From: Candidatus Omnitrophota bacterium | GTDB taxonomy: Bacteria > Omnitrophota > Gorgyraeia > Gorgyraeales > Gorgyraeaceae | Assembly (NCBI GenBank): GCA_030691625.1 | Contig: JAUYDX010000088.1 | Span: 1,856 to 65,855 of the forward strand | Length of the DNA: 64,000 nucleotides | Reading direction: 5' to 3' | Part shown: positions 52,910 to 63,223 of the stretch, in pieces | Position numbering within the stretch: the first letter of the stretch is position 1 | How the letters are laid out: each line of letters starts with the position of its first letter | Made by a program: the position numbers and the translations under genes | The notes under the pieces: model-generated | What the model was told of the DNA's origin: nothing | Seen by the model: the letters and a program-made list of their open reading frames with translations, nothing else | Databases searched by the model: none

Positions 52910-52949
52910 AAAAGAAAAAAGCCGATAAAGGCTTTTAGCTTCGGCTTTT
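52908..52949. terminator. Probable bidirectional terminator
   Basis: AAAAGCCGA...TCGGCTTTT; long A run gives a U tail on the - strand. Confidence 0.7.
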
Positions 52950-52955
52950 CATCGC

Positions 52956-53089
52956 TCGGCAACCCGGCCGCCATATTATTACTGACTGCCTCACTGACCA
53001 TTTGCGTTAGCTCAGGTCACGGCTTGTCAGAATAACTTAGGCCCGTAGGCTTTGCGCCCCCTGATTTCTCAGGGTTTGCCCTTATCGGC
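52956..53089 (-). ncRNA. c-di-GMP-I (GEMM-I) riboswitch with extended P3, antisense to the GGDEF gene
   Basis: Reverse strand CGATAAGGGCAAACC-CTGA-GAAA-TCAG-GG-GGCGCAAAGCCTACGGGCCTAAG...ATGGCGGCCGGGTTGCCGA. Confidence 0.88.
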
Positions 53090-53096
53090 TATAATA

Positions 53097-53125
53097 AGTA
53101 TACCATATAAATCCAGGGTTTTCAA
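53097..53125 (-). promoter_or_regulatory. sigma70 promoter driving the minus-strand riboswitch
   Basis: TTGAAA-17-TATACT with TGn extension. Confidence 0.75.
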
Positions 53126-53137
53126 GGGCGCTGGTGG

Positions 53138-53182
53138 CAACAACTTGACACTTGTAACAATGTCACAAGTGTCAAGTTGTTG
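53138..53182. repeat. Family A palindrome (A15)
   Basis: IR with core GTAACAATGTCAC. Confidence 0.93.
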
Positions 53183-53196
53183 GAGGGAGGTGAGGA

Positions 53197-54210
53197 TTGA
53201 AGAGATACAGTCTGGCAGTTTTGTTTGGCTTTGCGCTTGTATTGATGTCTTATGAATGCGCGTTTTGCAAGCCAATACCTATACGCAACCAGATGCCTTT
53301 GTATTTATTTTATCTGCAGATGGAGCCTGATAAAGCAGGCGTAACAGAGAAGGATAAATTTGATATAGACGCGGATTATACAGTTTCAAACGTAACCGTA
53401 AGCTGTTTCACCCCTGACACGTCCATGTACAATATAAACATTGACGCTGAGGTTTCCAGGGTGACGCTTGATCTAAGATACGGCGTTTTTGAGAATTTCG
53501 AGGCAGGCCTGGAGGCGCCTTATCTGATCCTGTCGCGGGGTTACTTAGATAGTTTTGTGGAAGATTTTGAGGACGCGATAGGCGCCAGGACGCCGCGCTC
53601 CAGGATACGCCAGGGCACAAATAATTACAATTACTCTTTTATCTACAATGGCCAGGATCTGATAAATAAGAAAAGCGCCTCGGACGGCCTGGGCGATATG
53701 GCGCTGAAGGCCAAATACAGGATTATCGAGGAGGAAGAAGGTTTTTTCGCGCCTAATGTCTCTATAAGGAGCGCGCTGAAGCTTCCCACGGGCAGGAAAA
53801 GGGACCTCCTGGGCAGCGGAGAATTTGACTGGGGCCTGGGCGTGATAGCTGACAAGTCATTTTCCAAGAGGATGAGTTTTTACTGCGGCCTGAATGTCGT
53901 GTTTATACAAAAGCCGGATTTTTTCAGCGCGTTGAATATAAAAAAGGAGATAGCCTCCGGTTTTATTGGCATTGAATATTTTTTCACAGAAAGGTTTTCC
54001 CTGGTGGCGCAGGTCTCAGGCAATACCACGCCTTACCCTGACAGCGGGACAAATGCCCTGGACGAGTCCGCGGGCGATGTGAGTTTCGGTATTAATTATA
54101 TCTGGAAAGAAAAGCGCAATGTTTCGTGGCGTTTCGCGTTTACGGAAAATATAAATTCCGCGTCCAGTCCGGACGTGAGTTTTAATACAGGGTGGGATGT
54201 GGGGTTCTGA
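53197..54210 (+). CDS. Outer-membrane beta-barrel protein (DUF3187-like)
   Basis: Signal peptide, 'RNQMP', 'GLGD', 'LKLPTG', C-terminal F; TTG start with GGAGG. Confidence 0.7.
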   Translation: MKRYSLAVLFGFALVLMSYECAFCKPIPIRNQMPLYLFYLQMEPDKAGVTEKDKFDIDADYTVSNVTVSCFTPDTSMYNINIDAEVSRVTLDLRYGVFENFEAGLEAPYLILSRGYLDSFVEDFEDAIGARTPRSRIRQGTNNYNYSFIYNGQDLINKKSASDGLGDMALKAKYRIIEEEEGFFAPNVSIRSALKLPTGRKRDLLGSGEFDWGLGVIADKSFSKRMSFYCGLNVVFIQKPDFFSALNIKKEIASGFIGIEYFFTERFSLVAQVSGNTTPYPDSGTNALDESAGDVSFGINYIWKEKRNVSWRFAFTENINSASSPDVSFNTGWDVGF

Positions 54211-54213
54211 TCA

Positions 54214-55164
54214 ATGAAGATAAAAGGGGTTTTTATAACAGTTTTTGTTATTTTAGTGATTTTAATTGCCGCGCTGGCTGTTTTTATACTGACCTTTGAC
54301 GCCAACCGCTATAAAGGCGCGTTGATAGAAAAGCTGGAGGCGTCTATGGATAAGGACGTGCGCATAGACAGCATCTCTGTAAATATCCTGGCCGGGTTCG
54401 GCGTGGAGGCAAAAGGCATCGCCATAAAAGACAGGGGTAAGCCGTGGACCGATTATTTATTAGAGGCCAAGAGCCTGAATGCGAGCGTAGAGATCTTTCC
54501 GCTTCTGAAAAAGGATATTCGGATTCAGAGATTGCGCATACCCGGCCTGATCATAAATACCGGATCCGGCACAAATTTCAGGTGCGCGCTTGATTTAAAA
54601 ATGAGTATTTTAATCAATAGCATGTCGCAGGAAGACATGTTGAAGACATTAAGCGCGAAGGGAAACATGAAAGTGGACAATGCGGTTCTGGAAAACGTGA
54701 ATGTCCTGAATGCGGCATTGGATAAGCTGAATATGCTGCCTGACCTTGTCCAGAAATTAAAGGATAATCTGCCTGAGAAATACAGCAAGCTTTTAGACCA
54801 GAATAACACTGTGTTTAAGCCCATGGATGCGGATTTCGAAATAAGGGATGCCAGGATTTATTTTGACAAGCTTTTGGTGGAATCAGACGCGTTTTATCTG
54901 GCGGGCAAAGGGTCTATCGGCATGGACCAGGCCTTAGATATAGGCGCTTATCTATCCATACCGCAGGACCTTTCAGAGGCGTTTATTAAAGTCGTGCCGG
55001 AACTAGGCTATCTTACAGATAAAAAAGGCCTTATAACAATGCCGCTCCAGATAACAGGCAGCGCGCCAAATATATCTATCGCGCCTGACCTCAATTACGT
55101 GATACAGAGATTGCTTGTGTCAAAAGGCCAGGAACTGCTGGATAAACTCTTTAAAAGAAAATAG
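54214..55164 (+). CDS. AsmA-family protein
   Basis: N-terminal TM, 'FDANRYK', C-terminal 'PLQITGS..N'. Confidence 0.78.
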   Translation: MKIKGVFITVFVILVILIAALAVFILTFDANRYKGALIEKLEASMDKDVRIDSISVNILAGFGVEAKGIAIKDRGKPWTDYLLEAKSLNASVEIFPLLKKDIRIQRLRIPGLIINTGSGTNFRCALDLKMSILINSMSQEDMLKTLSAKGNMKVDNAVLENVNVLNAALDKLNMLPDLVQKLKDNLPEKYSKLLDQNNTVFKPMDADFEIRDARIYFDKLLVESDAFYLAGKGSIGMDQALDIGAYLSIPQDLSEAFIKVVPELGYLTDKKGLITMPLQITGSAPNISIAPDLNYVIQRLLVSKGQELLDKLFKRK

Positions 55165-55225
55165 GAAAGGGATGAGCAAAGCGAGTAAGCAGAATTTTAA
55201 TACCCGCCTCTTTAGCCGCTAATCC

Positions 55226-55570
55226 TTAGAATTTCGTCTTAAAGATATATTTTGCCTCGTTATTTTTAAATTCAGGCCTGCCTTTTATGCGGAAGATCCT
55301 GACGCTGGTTTTTTCCCTTACCTTGGATTCCACTTCCTTTGCCTTGAAATAAGCATAAAATATATCTATCCCGAGATTCTGTCTCCATTGTTCCCTCAAA
55401 ACTATCTTTTCCGCGTTTTCGTCAATCCTGGTATTTCCAGGCTGGGCATTTATCCATTCAGAGAAAGAACAGGATGCTGAATTTGCCGCAATTCCGGAAT
55501 CTGCGCCTGCGTACGCCAATGCAGGCGTCATAGCTAAAACCAGGATTAGGGCAATATTCAGCCTGGCCAT
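55226..55570 (-). CDS. Hypothetical secreted protein
   Basis: AGGAGG SD, signal peptide, C-terminal F. Confidence 0.7.
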   Translation of the reverse strand: MARLNIALILVLAMTPALAYAGADSGIAANSASCSFSEWINAQPGNTRIDENAEKIVLREQWRQNLGIDIFYAYFKAKEVESKVREKTSVRIFRIKGRPEFKNNEAKYIFKTKF

Positions 55571-55655
55571 CTTATCCTCCTACTATAACTATACCACATT
55601 TTTACAGCCAATTCAAATTCATAACCATATATATTATAATAAGTTACGCCTCAAA

Positions 55656-55735
55656 AAACAACTTGACGCGGAGACATTGTCTCAATGTCAAGAAACAACT
55701 TTACATTGAGACAATGACGCAATGTAAAGTTGTTT
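55656..55735. repeat. Tandem family A elements (truncated copy + 43-bp subfamily copy)
   Basis: 55656-55692 lacks outer right arm; 55693-55735 complete. Confidence 0.88.
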
Positions 55736-55872
55736 GGGATGGGGCGTGGTACGCAATGTCTGCCAGGCAATCTTAAGTGCCTTGTTTGTCCTTGTCTACC
55801 CTATTTTCGGGAGGTATATTAAATTTGCTTATTTTCTCCAATTTAGTATCTCGCCAAACCATGGAGGCCCAC

Positions 55873-57405
55873 ATGAAACCAGCAGTTTTCTTTATCGCGT
55901 TTTCTATCCTGGCAATAAACTTGAGCCTTGCGTGCCTTGCAGCGGAATCGTGGGAACGAGTACCGGGATTCAACGAAGCAGACCTTATGGATATAGCAAT
56001 AGATTTTTACAATAAGGGCGCTGTGTACGCAGCCGGAGAAAATACCCTGTATAAAAGCCAGACAATAAATGGGCCATGGACAGCCGTTTTTTCTATCGAA
56101 GGAGAAAATAACAGCATCAATTTTATAGCTATTTTTGAAAGCGGGATATTTGCCTGCACAAAAAACGGCGTGTTTAAAAGCGCAGACCAGGGCGCAACAT
56201 GGAAAAGGGTATATAAAGGCATGGGCGTAAAAGAGAACAATGTCCGGCATGCGGCATTCCTAAAGGACAGGGGGATTTTTCTGGGGACGCAGGCAGGGCT
56301 TTTTAAAAGCGCGGATAACGGGGCCTCTTGGGAAAAATACCAGGATGAATCCAAAGGGTTTAATATAAGATGGATAGAGTTTTTGGGCGAATATATATTT
56401 CTTGCGACAGAAAAAGGCGCGTACAGGGGTTCGGGATCCGGCTGGAAAAGGATATTCGGCATTATGGCGCAGGAAGGCGAGTTTGATCCTGATGCGATAG
56501 ATGAGTCTATCCAGGCGGTAAAGCCTGTGAATAGCATCCTGGTTCGCGCAGATGACGTATTACTAGCAACGGATTCAGGGATATTTATAAGCCGGGACAA
56601 GGGAGAGACATGGAAAAGGTTTGACCAGGAAGGGCTTTTGTCTCTGGCAGTGAAAAGGCTTTTATTCAGCGAGGCGCTTTACGCAGTTACAGATAAAGGT
56701 ATATTTATTTTTTCAGAAAAAGAGAGGCTGTGGCACAGCCTGTATAGCGGTATGGATACAAGAGGGACAAAAGACATGGCAATCGACCGGGATGGAAATA
56801 TCCTGGCTGCTACAAAAAAAGGCCTGTATGCGCTTTCTAAAAACAAGACTTACGCGGCCGGGGATGACAGCGGATACCCTCAAGATAAGAAACAGGATAT
56901 ATTGAACAGTTTTGATTTCGAGCCTTCTATAGGAGATATCCAAAAGGCAGCTATTGAATATGCGGAGGTGCATCCGGATAAAATAAAGGAATGGAGAAAC
57001 TCCGCTGACAAAAAAGCCCTGCTTCCAAATGTCTCCGTGGGCCTTGATAGATATGTGACCGATCTTCTTCACTGGGATTCAGGGACAAATCCGGACACAT
57101 TGCAAAAAGGAAAAGATACTGTGGAGTGGGATGTCACTATGACATGGGATATGAGCGAGCTTATATGGAATTCAGACCAGACATCCATAGACACGCGTTC
57201 AAAACTGATGGTAGAACTCAGGGATGACATAATGAACGAGGTTACCAGGACCTATTTTGAAAGAAGGCGGCTGCAGATAGAGATGTTGACCTCGCCCCCG
57301 CAGGATTTAAAACTCAGCCTGGAGAAGGAGCTGAGGCTCCAGGAACTCACCGCGGACATAGACGCCCTTACCGGCGGCTACCTCTCTAAGTATACAGAAA
57401 AATAG
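55873..57405 (+). CDS. Secreted beta-propeller (BNR/Ycf48-like) with helical OM-efflux-like C-terminus
   Basis: Repeated 'S.D.G.(T/S)W' Asp-boxes; C-terminal 'EVTRTYFERRRLQ...DALTGG'. Confidence 0.7.
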   Translation: MKPAVFFIAFSILAINLSLACLAAESWERVPGFNEADLMDIAIDFYNKGAVYAAGENTLYKSQTINGPWTAVFSIEGENNSINFIAIFESGIFACTKNGVFKSADQGATWKRVYKGMGVKENNVRHAAFLKDRGIFLGTQAGLFKSADNGASWEKYQDESKGFNIRWIEFLGEYIFLATEKGAYRGSGSGWKRIFGIMAQEGEFDPDAIDESIQAVKPVNSILVRADDVLLATDSGIFISRDKGETWKRFDQEGLLSLAVKRLLFSEALYAVTDKGIFIFSEKERLWHSLYSGMDTRGTKDMAIDRDGNILAATKKGLYALSKNKTYAAGDDSGYPQDKKQDILNSFDFEPSIGDIQKAAIEYAEVHPDKIKEWRNSADKKALLPNVSVGLDRYVTDLLHWDSGTNPDTLQKGKDTVEWDVTMTWDMSELIWNSDQTSIDTRSKLMVELRDDIMNEVTRTYFERRRLQIEMLTSPPQDLKLSLEKELRLQELTADIDALTGGYLSKYTEK

Positions 57406-57412
57406 GCGCCCC

Positions 57413-57457
57413 CAACAACTTTACACTTGTGACATTGTTTGAAGTGTCAAGTTGTTT
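57413..57457. repeat. Family A palindrome (A17)
   Basis: Core GTGACATTGTTTG = reverse complement of A6 core. Confidence 0.92.
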
Positions 57458-57520
57458 GAAGGGCGTAATTTGTAATTTTACTCTTGACGCAATAGTTCAT
57501 ATATGATAAACTTATGAGCA

Positions 57521-58567
57521 ATGGAAAAAATAAACCGCGGAAGATTTGCAAAAATCGGGCTAGTCTGTCTTGCAATTTTATTTTTCCTGCCGTTATTTAA
57601 TATCTCTTATATATATGCCGCTAAGGATAAAGGAATAGCCGCGGATTCAGAGACCTATAGGGAAAAAGGCTATGAGGCGCAGCAGCGCGGTGATATAGAT
57701 ACCGCCATAGAATGGTATCAGAAGGCAGCCAATATCAAGCCTGATTTCGCAGCCCCGCACAACGACCTGGGAATTCTTTTTGAGACAAAAGGCTGGCTGG
57801 ACAGGGCGGAATCAGAATACCAGAAAGCGCTCGCGATAGATTCAAGCTACAAAGAGGTGCATACGAACCTGGCGCTTCTTTATGAAAGAAAAGGGGAGCT
57901 GGAAAAGGCGGCGTTTCACTGGATGAGAAGGTATAAACTGGGCGACGCCGAGGACCCGTGGACCCAGGAGGCTAAAAGCAGGCTGGAAAAACTAGGGCTT
58001 CTTGATAAGACAGAAAGATCAGGGCAAAATGCCCAGCAGCGGACCTCGATTAAAAAAGCCCTGGAAAAAGAGGAATCGCCGAAGGCCAAGACGTCAAAAC
58101 CTGTTCCGAAAAAGCAGAAACCCGAGGCAAAGGTAAAAAAGGATTCCGGATGGACCAGGGTAGGCGCTGGAAAAACTTCTCCGGAAAAGAAAGAATCCGT
58201 TGACAATACTACGAGTAAGGCTCTTGATAAGGAGCTGGAGGAATCGCTGAAGCTGGCAGAGGAAAGGCTGCGTAAGGAAAAAAGCTCTAAGGTGATAGCT
58301 GAAGGCCGGGCAAACAGCATGTACTCCAAGGCAAGGGATTATTACAGTAAAGGCGAGTACTCAAAGGCATTGGATGCAATAAGGCTCGCCAAGCAGAACA
58401 CACCTGACAATAAATCCCTGCTGGAGCTGGAAGAGGAAATCAAGTTTAAAATGAAGGAGGAGAGGATACAGGATCACTTTAAAGAAGGCATGATACGCTA
58501 CCGCCAGAAAGATTTTGCAGGCGCCAGAAAAGAGTTTGAAGCGATCTTGAGCATTTTACCCGAATAG
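57521..58567 (+). CDS. Secreted TPR protein
   Basis: Signal/TM, TPRs 'HNDLGILF', 'HTNLALLY', Lys-rich linker. Confidence 0.85.
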   Translation: MEKINRGRFAKIGLVCLAILFFLPLFNISYIYAAKDKGIAADSETYREKGYEAQQRGDIDTAIEWYQKAANIKPDFAAPHNDLGILFETKGWLDRAESEYQKALAIDSSYKEVHTNLALLYERKGELEKAAFHWMRRYKLGDAEDPWTQEAKSRLEKLGLLDKTERSGQNAQQRTSIKKALEKEESPKAKTSKPVPKKQKPEAKVKKDSGWTRVGAGKTSPEKKESVDNTTSKALDKELEESLKLAEERLRKEKSSKVIAEGRANSMYSKARDYYSKGEYSKALDAIRLAKQNTPDNKSLLELEEEIKFKMKEERIQDHFKEGMIRYRQKDFAGARKEFEAILSILPE

Positions 58568-58632
58568 GCGCCCGCTCCTGAAACATGCAAGTAAATCCCA
58601 CTCTATATTAGAAAATCCCAAGTAAATATCAG

Positions 58633-61293
58633 ATGACGAAAAAAGAAAAGCTTTTTTTGATAGACGGAAACTCTTATTGTTACAGGGCTTTTTACGCCAT
58701 AAAGGACCTTAGGAATTCAAAAGGCCGGCCTACGAACGCCGCGTACGGTTTTGTCCTGATGCTAAGGAAACTGCTGGAAAAGGAAAAGCCGGATTATATC
58801 GGCGTGGCGTTTGACCTGAAAGGCCCCACGTTCAGGCATAAACAGTTTGAGGATTACAAGGCGCACAGAAAGCCCATGCCTGATGACCTCGTGAGCCAGA
58901 TGGATTTGATCAAGGAGATTATATCAGCTTACAGGATAGCCATTTTTGAAAAACAGGGTTTTGAGGCAGATGACATACTGGCAACAATAGCGGAAAAGGC
59001 GTCTCTGGCAGGCATAGACGTTTACATAGTTACAGGCGACAAGGACATGCTGCAGATAATAAACAACCGTATAAAGGTTTACAGCACCCATAAAGACGAT
59101 CTCGTGTATGACAATGAAAAGGTAAAGGAGAGGTTCTTGGGCCTCGGCCCTGAGAACATAACGGATTTCATAGCCCTGGCAGGCGATACCAGCGACAATA
59201 TACCGGGCGTACGCGGTATAGGCGAAAAAACAGCCATAGAGCTGATAAAGGAATTCGGCGACATAGACTCTCTTTACAAAAATCTGGACAATATTAAGAG
59301 CGAATCAAAAAGAAAGATGCTGGGGGAGCAGGAGGAAAACGCCAGGATGTCCAAAGAGCTCGCAACAGTGGACAGAAACGTGCCCATAGAGATAGACTTT
59401 GGCGCTATGCGGGTGAAAGGCCCTGACCAGGAAGCGCTTCTCGCTATTTTCAAAGACCTGGAATTTAAGAATTTCGCGAAAGAGATCGCCTCGCGTGATT
59501 CAGATGTCCACAAAGAGGCATGCTATAAGACAATTTCAAGCGCAGGAGGCCTCGACTCATTTATTAAAGAGCTCGGGAAACAAAAGGAATTTGTCCTGGA
59601 TATTGAGACCACGAGCGAACAGCCGATGGAGGCTGAACTGGTAGGTATTTCGTTTTGCTGGAAAGACGGGGAGGCGTATTACGTAGCGCTGAAAAATATC
59701 CCGGACGCAATGAAGGAACTGAAACCTATCCTTGAAGACGAAAAGATAAAAAAGATCGGACAGAATATAAAATACGACAAGCTGGTTTTGTCGCGCTATG
59801 GCGCGGATGTCAGAGGCATAGCATTTGATACAATGATAGCGGCATATCTATTGAATCCTTCCAGTATGAGCCATGGCCTGGATGACCTCGCGTTTGAATA
59901 TCTGGACCACAAGATGACGCCTATTGACGAGCTCCTGGGTAAGGGCAAAAAAAAGGTCACCATGGACATGGTGGACATTGAAAAGGTATCCATGTATTCC
60001 TGCGGAGACAGCGACGTTACGCTGAGGCTTAAAAATATATTCGAAAAAGAGCTTTCCAAAAAAGAGCTCGAGCCCCTTTTCCGGGACATAGAACTGCCGC
60101 TGGTGGATGTCCTGACTGATATGGAAAAAAACGGGGTAAAGATAGACTCAGATTTTTTAAAAGGGGCGTCTATCGATATGGAAAAAGAGCTTTTAGTCCT
60201 CATTAGGGACATATATAAAATAGCCGGCGAAGAATTCAATATAAATTCCCCTAAACAGCTTAGCCGGATCCTGTTTGAAAAACTGGGGCTGCCCGTAGTA
60301 AAAAAGACAAAAACAGGGGCTTCTACTGACGTGGAGGTCCTGGAGAGGCTTTCTCCGATGCATCCTCTTCCAAAGGAACTCCTGAGGTACAGGGAACTGT
60401 CCAAACTTAAATCTACTTACGTGGACGCCCTGCCCGAGCTTATCAATAAAAAAACAGGCAGGCTTCACACGTCTTTTAACCAGGCGATCACAGCCACTGG
60501 CAGGCTTTCGTCGTCCAACCCAAATCTCCAGAATATCCCCATAAAAACAGAAGAGGGCAGAAAGATCAGAAAGGCGTTTATCGGGGAAAAAGGGAATCTC
60601 ATAATGTCAGCTGATTATTCCCAGATAGAGCTTAGGATACTGGCGCACCTTTCAAAAGACCCTGAGCTGATATCAGCCTTTGAGCAGGACAGGGACGTGC
60701 ACAGCCACACGGCGTCGCTTATTTTTGGGGTGAGCGAAAAAGAAGTCACGCCTGAGATGAGGTCTAATGCCAAGACAGTGAATTTCGGGATTATTTACGG
60801 TATCAGCGGATTCGGGCTGGGTAAATCCCTTAATACAGACCCTGCCAGCGCCCAGGAGTTCATAGATGCTTATTTCGAGAGATATCCGCGTGTAAAAGTC
60901 TATATGGAGGATAAAATAGAGGAAGCCAGAAGCTCCGGATATGTGACAACCCTTTTTAACAGGCGCAGGTATATCCCTGAGATCCAGACAGGCGGCATGA
61001 GAGAAAAACAGCAGGCAGAGCGTATTGCCATAAATACGCCTGTGCAGGGCTCTGCCGCGGACTTGATAAAGATAGCCATGATAAATATTTACACAGAGAT
61101 GAGGAAAAGGAAAATGAAGTCGCTGATGACAATGCAGGTCCACGACGAACTTGTGTTCGAGGTGGTTAAAAGCGAATTAGAGGAAATGAAGGAATTGGTA
61201 AAAAGGGAGATGGAAGGCGCTGTGAAGCTCTCAGTGCCTGTCAAGGTAAGCATCCAGTGCGGCAAAAACTGGCTGGATATGGAGGACGCGTAG
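58633..61293 (+). CDS. polA: DNA polymerase I
   Basis: 5'-3' exonuclease 'LIDGNS', 'TGRLSSSNPNLQNIP', 'DYSQIELR', 'QVHDEL'. Confidence 0.98.
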   Translation: MTKKEKLFLIDGNSYCYRAFYAIKDLRNSKGRPTNAAYGFVLMLRKLLEKEKPDYIGVAFDLKGPTFRHKQFEDYKAHRKPMPDDLVSQMDLIKEIISAYRIAIFEKQGFEADDILATIAEKASLAGIDVYIVTGDKDMLQIINNRIKVYSTHKDDLVYDNEKVKERFLGLGPENITDFIALAGDTSDNIPGVRGIGEKTAIELIKEFGDIDSLYKNLDNIKSESKRKMLGEQEENARMSKELATVDRNVPIEIDFGAMRVKGPDQEALLAIFKDLEFKNFAKEIASRDSDVHKEACYKTISSAGGLDSFIKELGKQKEFVLDIETTSEQPMEAELVGISFCWKDGEAYYVALKNIPDAMKELKPILEDEKIKKIGQNIKYDKLVLSRYGADVRGIAFDTMIAAYLLNPSSMSHGLDDLAFEYLDHKMTPIDELLGKGKKKVTMDMVDIEKVSMYSCGDSDVTLRLKNIFEKELSKKELEPLFRDIELPLVDVLTDMEKNGVKIDSDFLKGASIDMEKELLVLIRDIYKIAGEEFNINSPKQLSRILFEKLGLPVVKKTKTGASTDVEVLERLSPMHPLPKELLRYRELSKLKSTYVDALPELINKKTGRLHTSFNQAITATGRLSSSNPNLQNIPIKTEEGRKIRKAFIGEKGNLIMSADYSQIELRILAHLSKDPELISAFEQDRDVHSHTASLIFGVSEKEVTPEMRSNAKTVNFGIIYGISGFGLGKSLNTDPASAQEFIDAYFERYPRVKVYMEDKIEEARSSGYVTTLFNRRRYIPEIQTGGMREKQQAERIAINTPVQGSAADLIKIAMINIYTEMRKRKMKSLMTMQVHDELVFEVVKSELEEMKELVKREMEGAVKLSVPVKVSIQCGKNWLDMEDA

Positions 61294-61393
61294 GGTTCTC
61301 GACTTTGCTGCCGTAATAAGCTTTCGTGACCGCTCGAACAATATTGTTCGAGCGGACGTTGTGGCTATGCATGTAAGCTTAGTCGAGAACCCT
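61292..61393. repeat. Family B nested palindrome (B6, reverse orientation)
   Basis: AGGGTTCTCGACT...AGTCGAGAACCCT overlapping polA stop. Confidence 0.92.
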
Positions 61394-61408
61394 TGCGACG
61401 AGAAAGAC

Positions 61409-61948
61409 ATGGTAATAGGCGTTACAGGAAGTTTTGGGAGCGGGAAGACCACAGTGGCCAGGATGTTTGCGAAGCTCGGGGCATATTATATAGACGCTGA
61501 CAGGGTGTATCATTCCCTTTTGAGACATGACAGCGCTATGCGTAAAAAAATTATAAAGCATTTCGGCGAGACCGTAACTATGAGCGCGGGAAAGATAGAC
61601 ACAAAAAAGCTTGCGAAGATCGTGTTCAGCGACCGCGCGAAACTTGATTTATTGAACAGGTTGACCCATCCTGCGATAAAAAACAAGATAAAGGACATGA
61701 TCCGCGCTGAAAAAACAAGGGATATTGTCCTTGAGGCGCCGCTTCTTATTGAATCTCGCTTTTACAGGGAGGCGGATATTGTCATAGTCATTGAAGGGAG
61801 AGAAAAAGAAGACGCGCTCATGAGAACAAGGATGCAGATGCCTTTAAATAAAAAACTGGCATTTGCTGATTTTATCATAGATAATAGCGGAACCAGAGAA
61901 AAGACATTCAGCCAGGTCAGGGAGATCTGGAAAAAAAGAGGAGAATAA
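61409..61948 (+). CDS. coaE: Dephospho-CoA kinase
   Basis: '[12 protein letters not shown]', 'IDAD', 'THP', 'EAPLL', 'IIDNSG'. Confidence 0.93.
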   Translation: MVIGVTGSFGSGKTTVARMFAKLGAYYIDADRVYHSLLRHDSAMRKKIIKHFGETVTMSAGKIDTKKLAKIVFSDRAKLDLLNRLTHPAIKNKIKDMIRAEKTRDIVLEAPLLIESRFYREADIVIVIEGREKEDALMRTRMQMPLNKKLAFADFIIDNSGTREKTFSQVREIWKKRGE

Positions 61949-61949
61949 C

Positions 61950-63215
61950 ATGGAAACAAAGGAAAAACTGGATATTGAAAAATTGAAATCAATGAAGATA
62001 TCTGAATTGAACAAGCTCGCCCACGGATTAAACGTGAACAGCGTGAGCGGCCTTAAGAAGCAGGACCTGATATTCAAGGTGCTTCAGGCGCAGACAGAAA
62101 AAGACGGGCTTATATTCGGGGAAGGGGTCCTGGAGATACTGCCGGACGGTTTTGGATTTTTACGCTCTCCTAATTATAATTATCTGCCGTGCCCGGATGA
62201 TATATACATATCCCCGTCCCAGATAAGGAAATTTGAACTGAGGACAGGGGATACTGTGAGCGGCCAGATACGGCCCCCTAAAGAGGGCGAAAGATATTTC
62301 GCACTGCTAAAGGTAGAGGCTGTAAATTTTGAAAGCCCGGAGGCTGCGAAAGACAAGATTCTCTTTGACAACCTCACTCCTATATATCCCAATGTCAGGT
62401 ATAAGCTGGAGACCAAGGCCCAGGACATATCTATGCGCATAATGGATCTGTTGACGCCTGTAGGAAAAGGCCAGAGGGGCATGATAGTCGCGCCTCCGTA
62501 TAGCGGCAAAACCATAATAATGCAGAAAATAGCCAACAGCATCGCGACCAATTTTCCTGATACTGTTATAATGGTGCTCTTGATAGACGAGCGGCCTGAA
62601 GAGGTTACTGACATGCAGAGGTCTGTAAAGGGCGAGGTCGTCAGTTCCACATTTGACGAGCCTGCTGAAAGGCATGTGCAGGTGGCTGAAATGGTGCTTG
62701 AAAAGGCAAAGAGGCTCGTGGAGCATAATAAAGACGTTGTGATTCTCCTGGACAGCATTACCAGGCTTGCAAGGGCGTATAATTCTGTTGTGCCGCATTC
62801 CGGCAAGATACTCTCGGGCGGCGTGGATTCAAACGCGCTTCATAAACCGAAAAGATTTTTCGGAGCTGCCAGGAATATAGAGGAAGGCGGCAGCCTCACT
62901 GTCATAGCCACAGCGCTTGTGGATACAGGTTCCAGGATGGATGAGGTAATTTTTGAAGAATTCAAAGGCACAGGCAACATGGAACTCCAGCTCGACAGGA
63001 CACTTTTCCAGAGAAGGGTTTATCCCGCGATAGACATAAAGAGGTCCAACACAAGGAAAGAAGAGCTGCTTGTAGATCCAAAAGAGCTACAGAGGATATG
63101 GATACTTAGAAAGGTTTTGAACGAGCTCAATAGCGTGGAGGCAATGGAACTTTTAATTGAAAAGATATCAAAGACCAAGACAAACGAGGATTTTCTGAGC
63201 AACATGAACCAGTAG
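61950..63215 (+). CDS. rho: Transcription termination factor Rho
   Basis: 'DGFGFLR', 'GKGQRG', '[13 protein letters not shown]'. Confidence 0.98.
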   Translation: METKEKLDIEKLKSMKISELNKLAHGLNVNSVSGLKKQDLIFKVLQAQTEKDGLIFGEGVLEILPDGFGFLRSPNYNYLPCPDDIYISPSQIRKFELRTGDTVSGQIRPPKEGERYFALLKVEAVNFESPEAAKDKILFDNLTPIYPNVRYKLETKAQDISMRIMDLLTPVGKGQRGMIVAPPYSGKTIIMQKIANSIATNFPDTVIMVLLIDERPEEVTDMQRSVKGEVVSSTFDEPAERHVQVAEMVLEKAKRLVEHNKDVVILLDSITRLARAYNSVVPHSGKILSGGVDSNALHKPKRFFGAARNIEEGGSLTVIATALVDTGSRMDEVIFEEFKGTGNMELQLDRTLFQRRVYPAIDIKRSNTRKEELLVDPKELQRIWILRKVLNELNSVEAMELLIEKISKTKTNEDFLSNMNQ

Positions 63216-63223
63216 ATTAGACC

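Noticed and set aside
52726-53001. 91-aa minus-strand ORF as the riboswitch target
   Set aside because: It starts inside the aptamer, crosses the terminator, lies antisense to the GGDEF gene and has no SD or recognisable motif.
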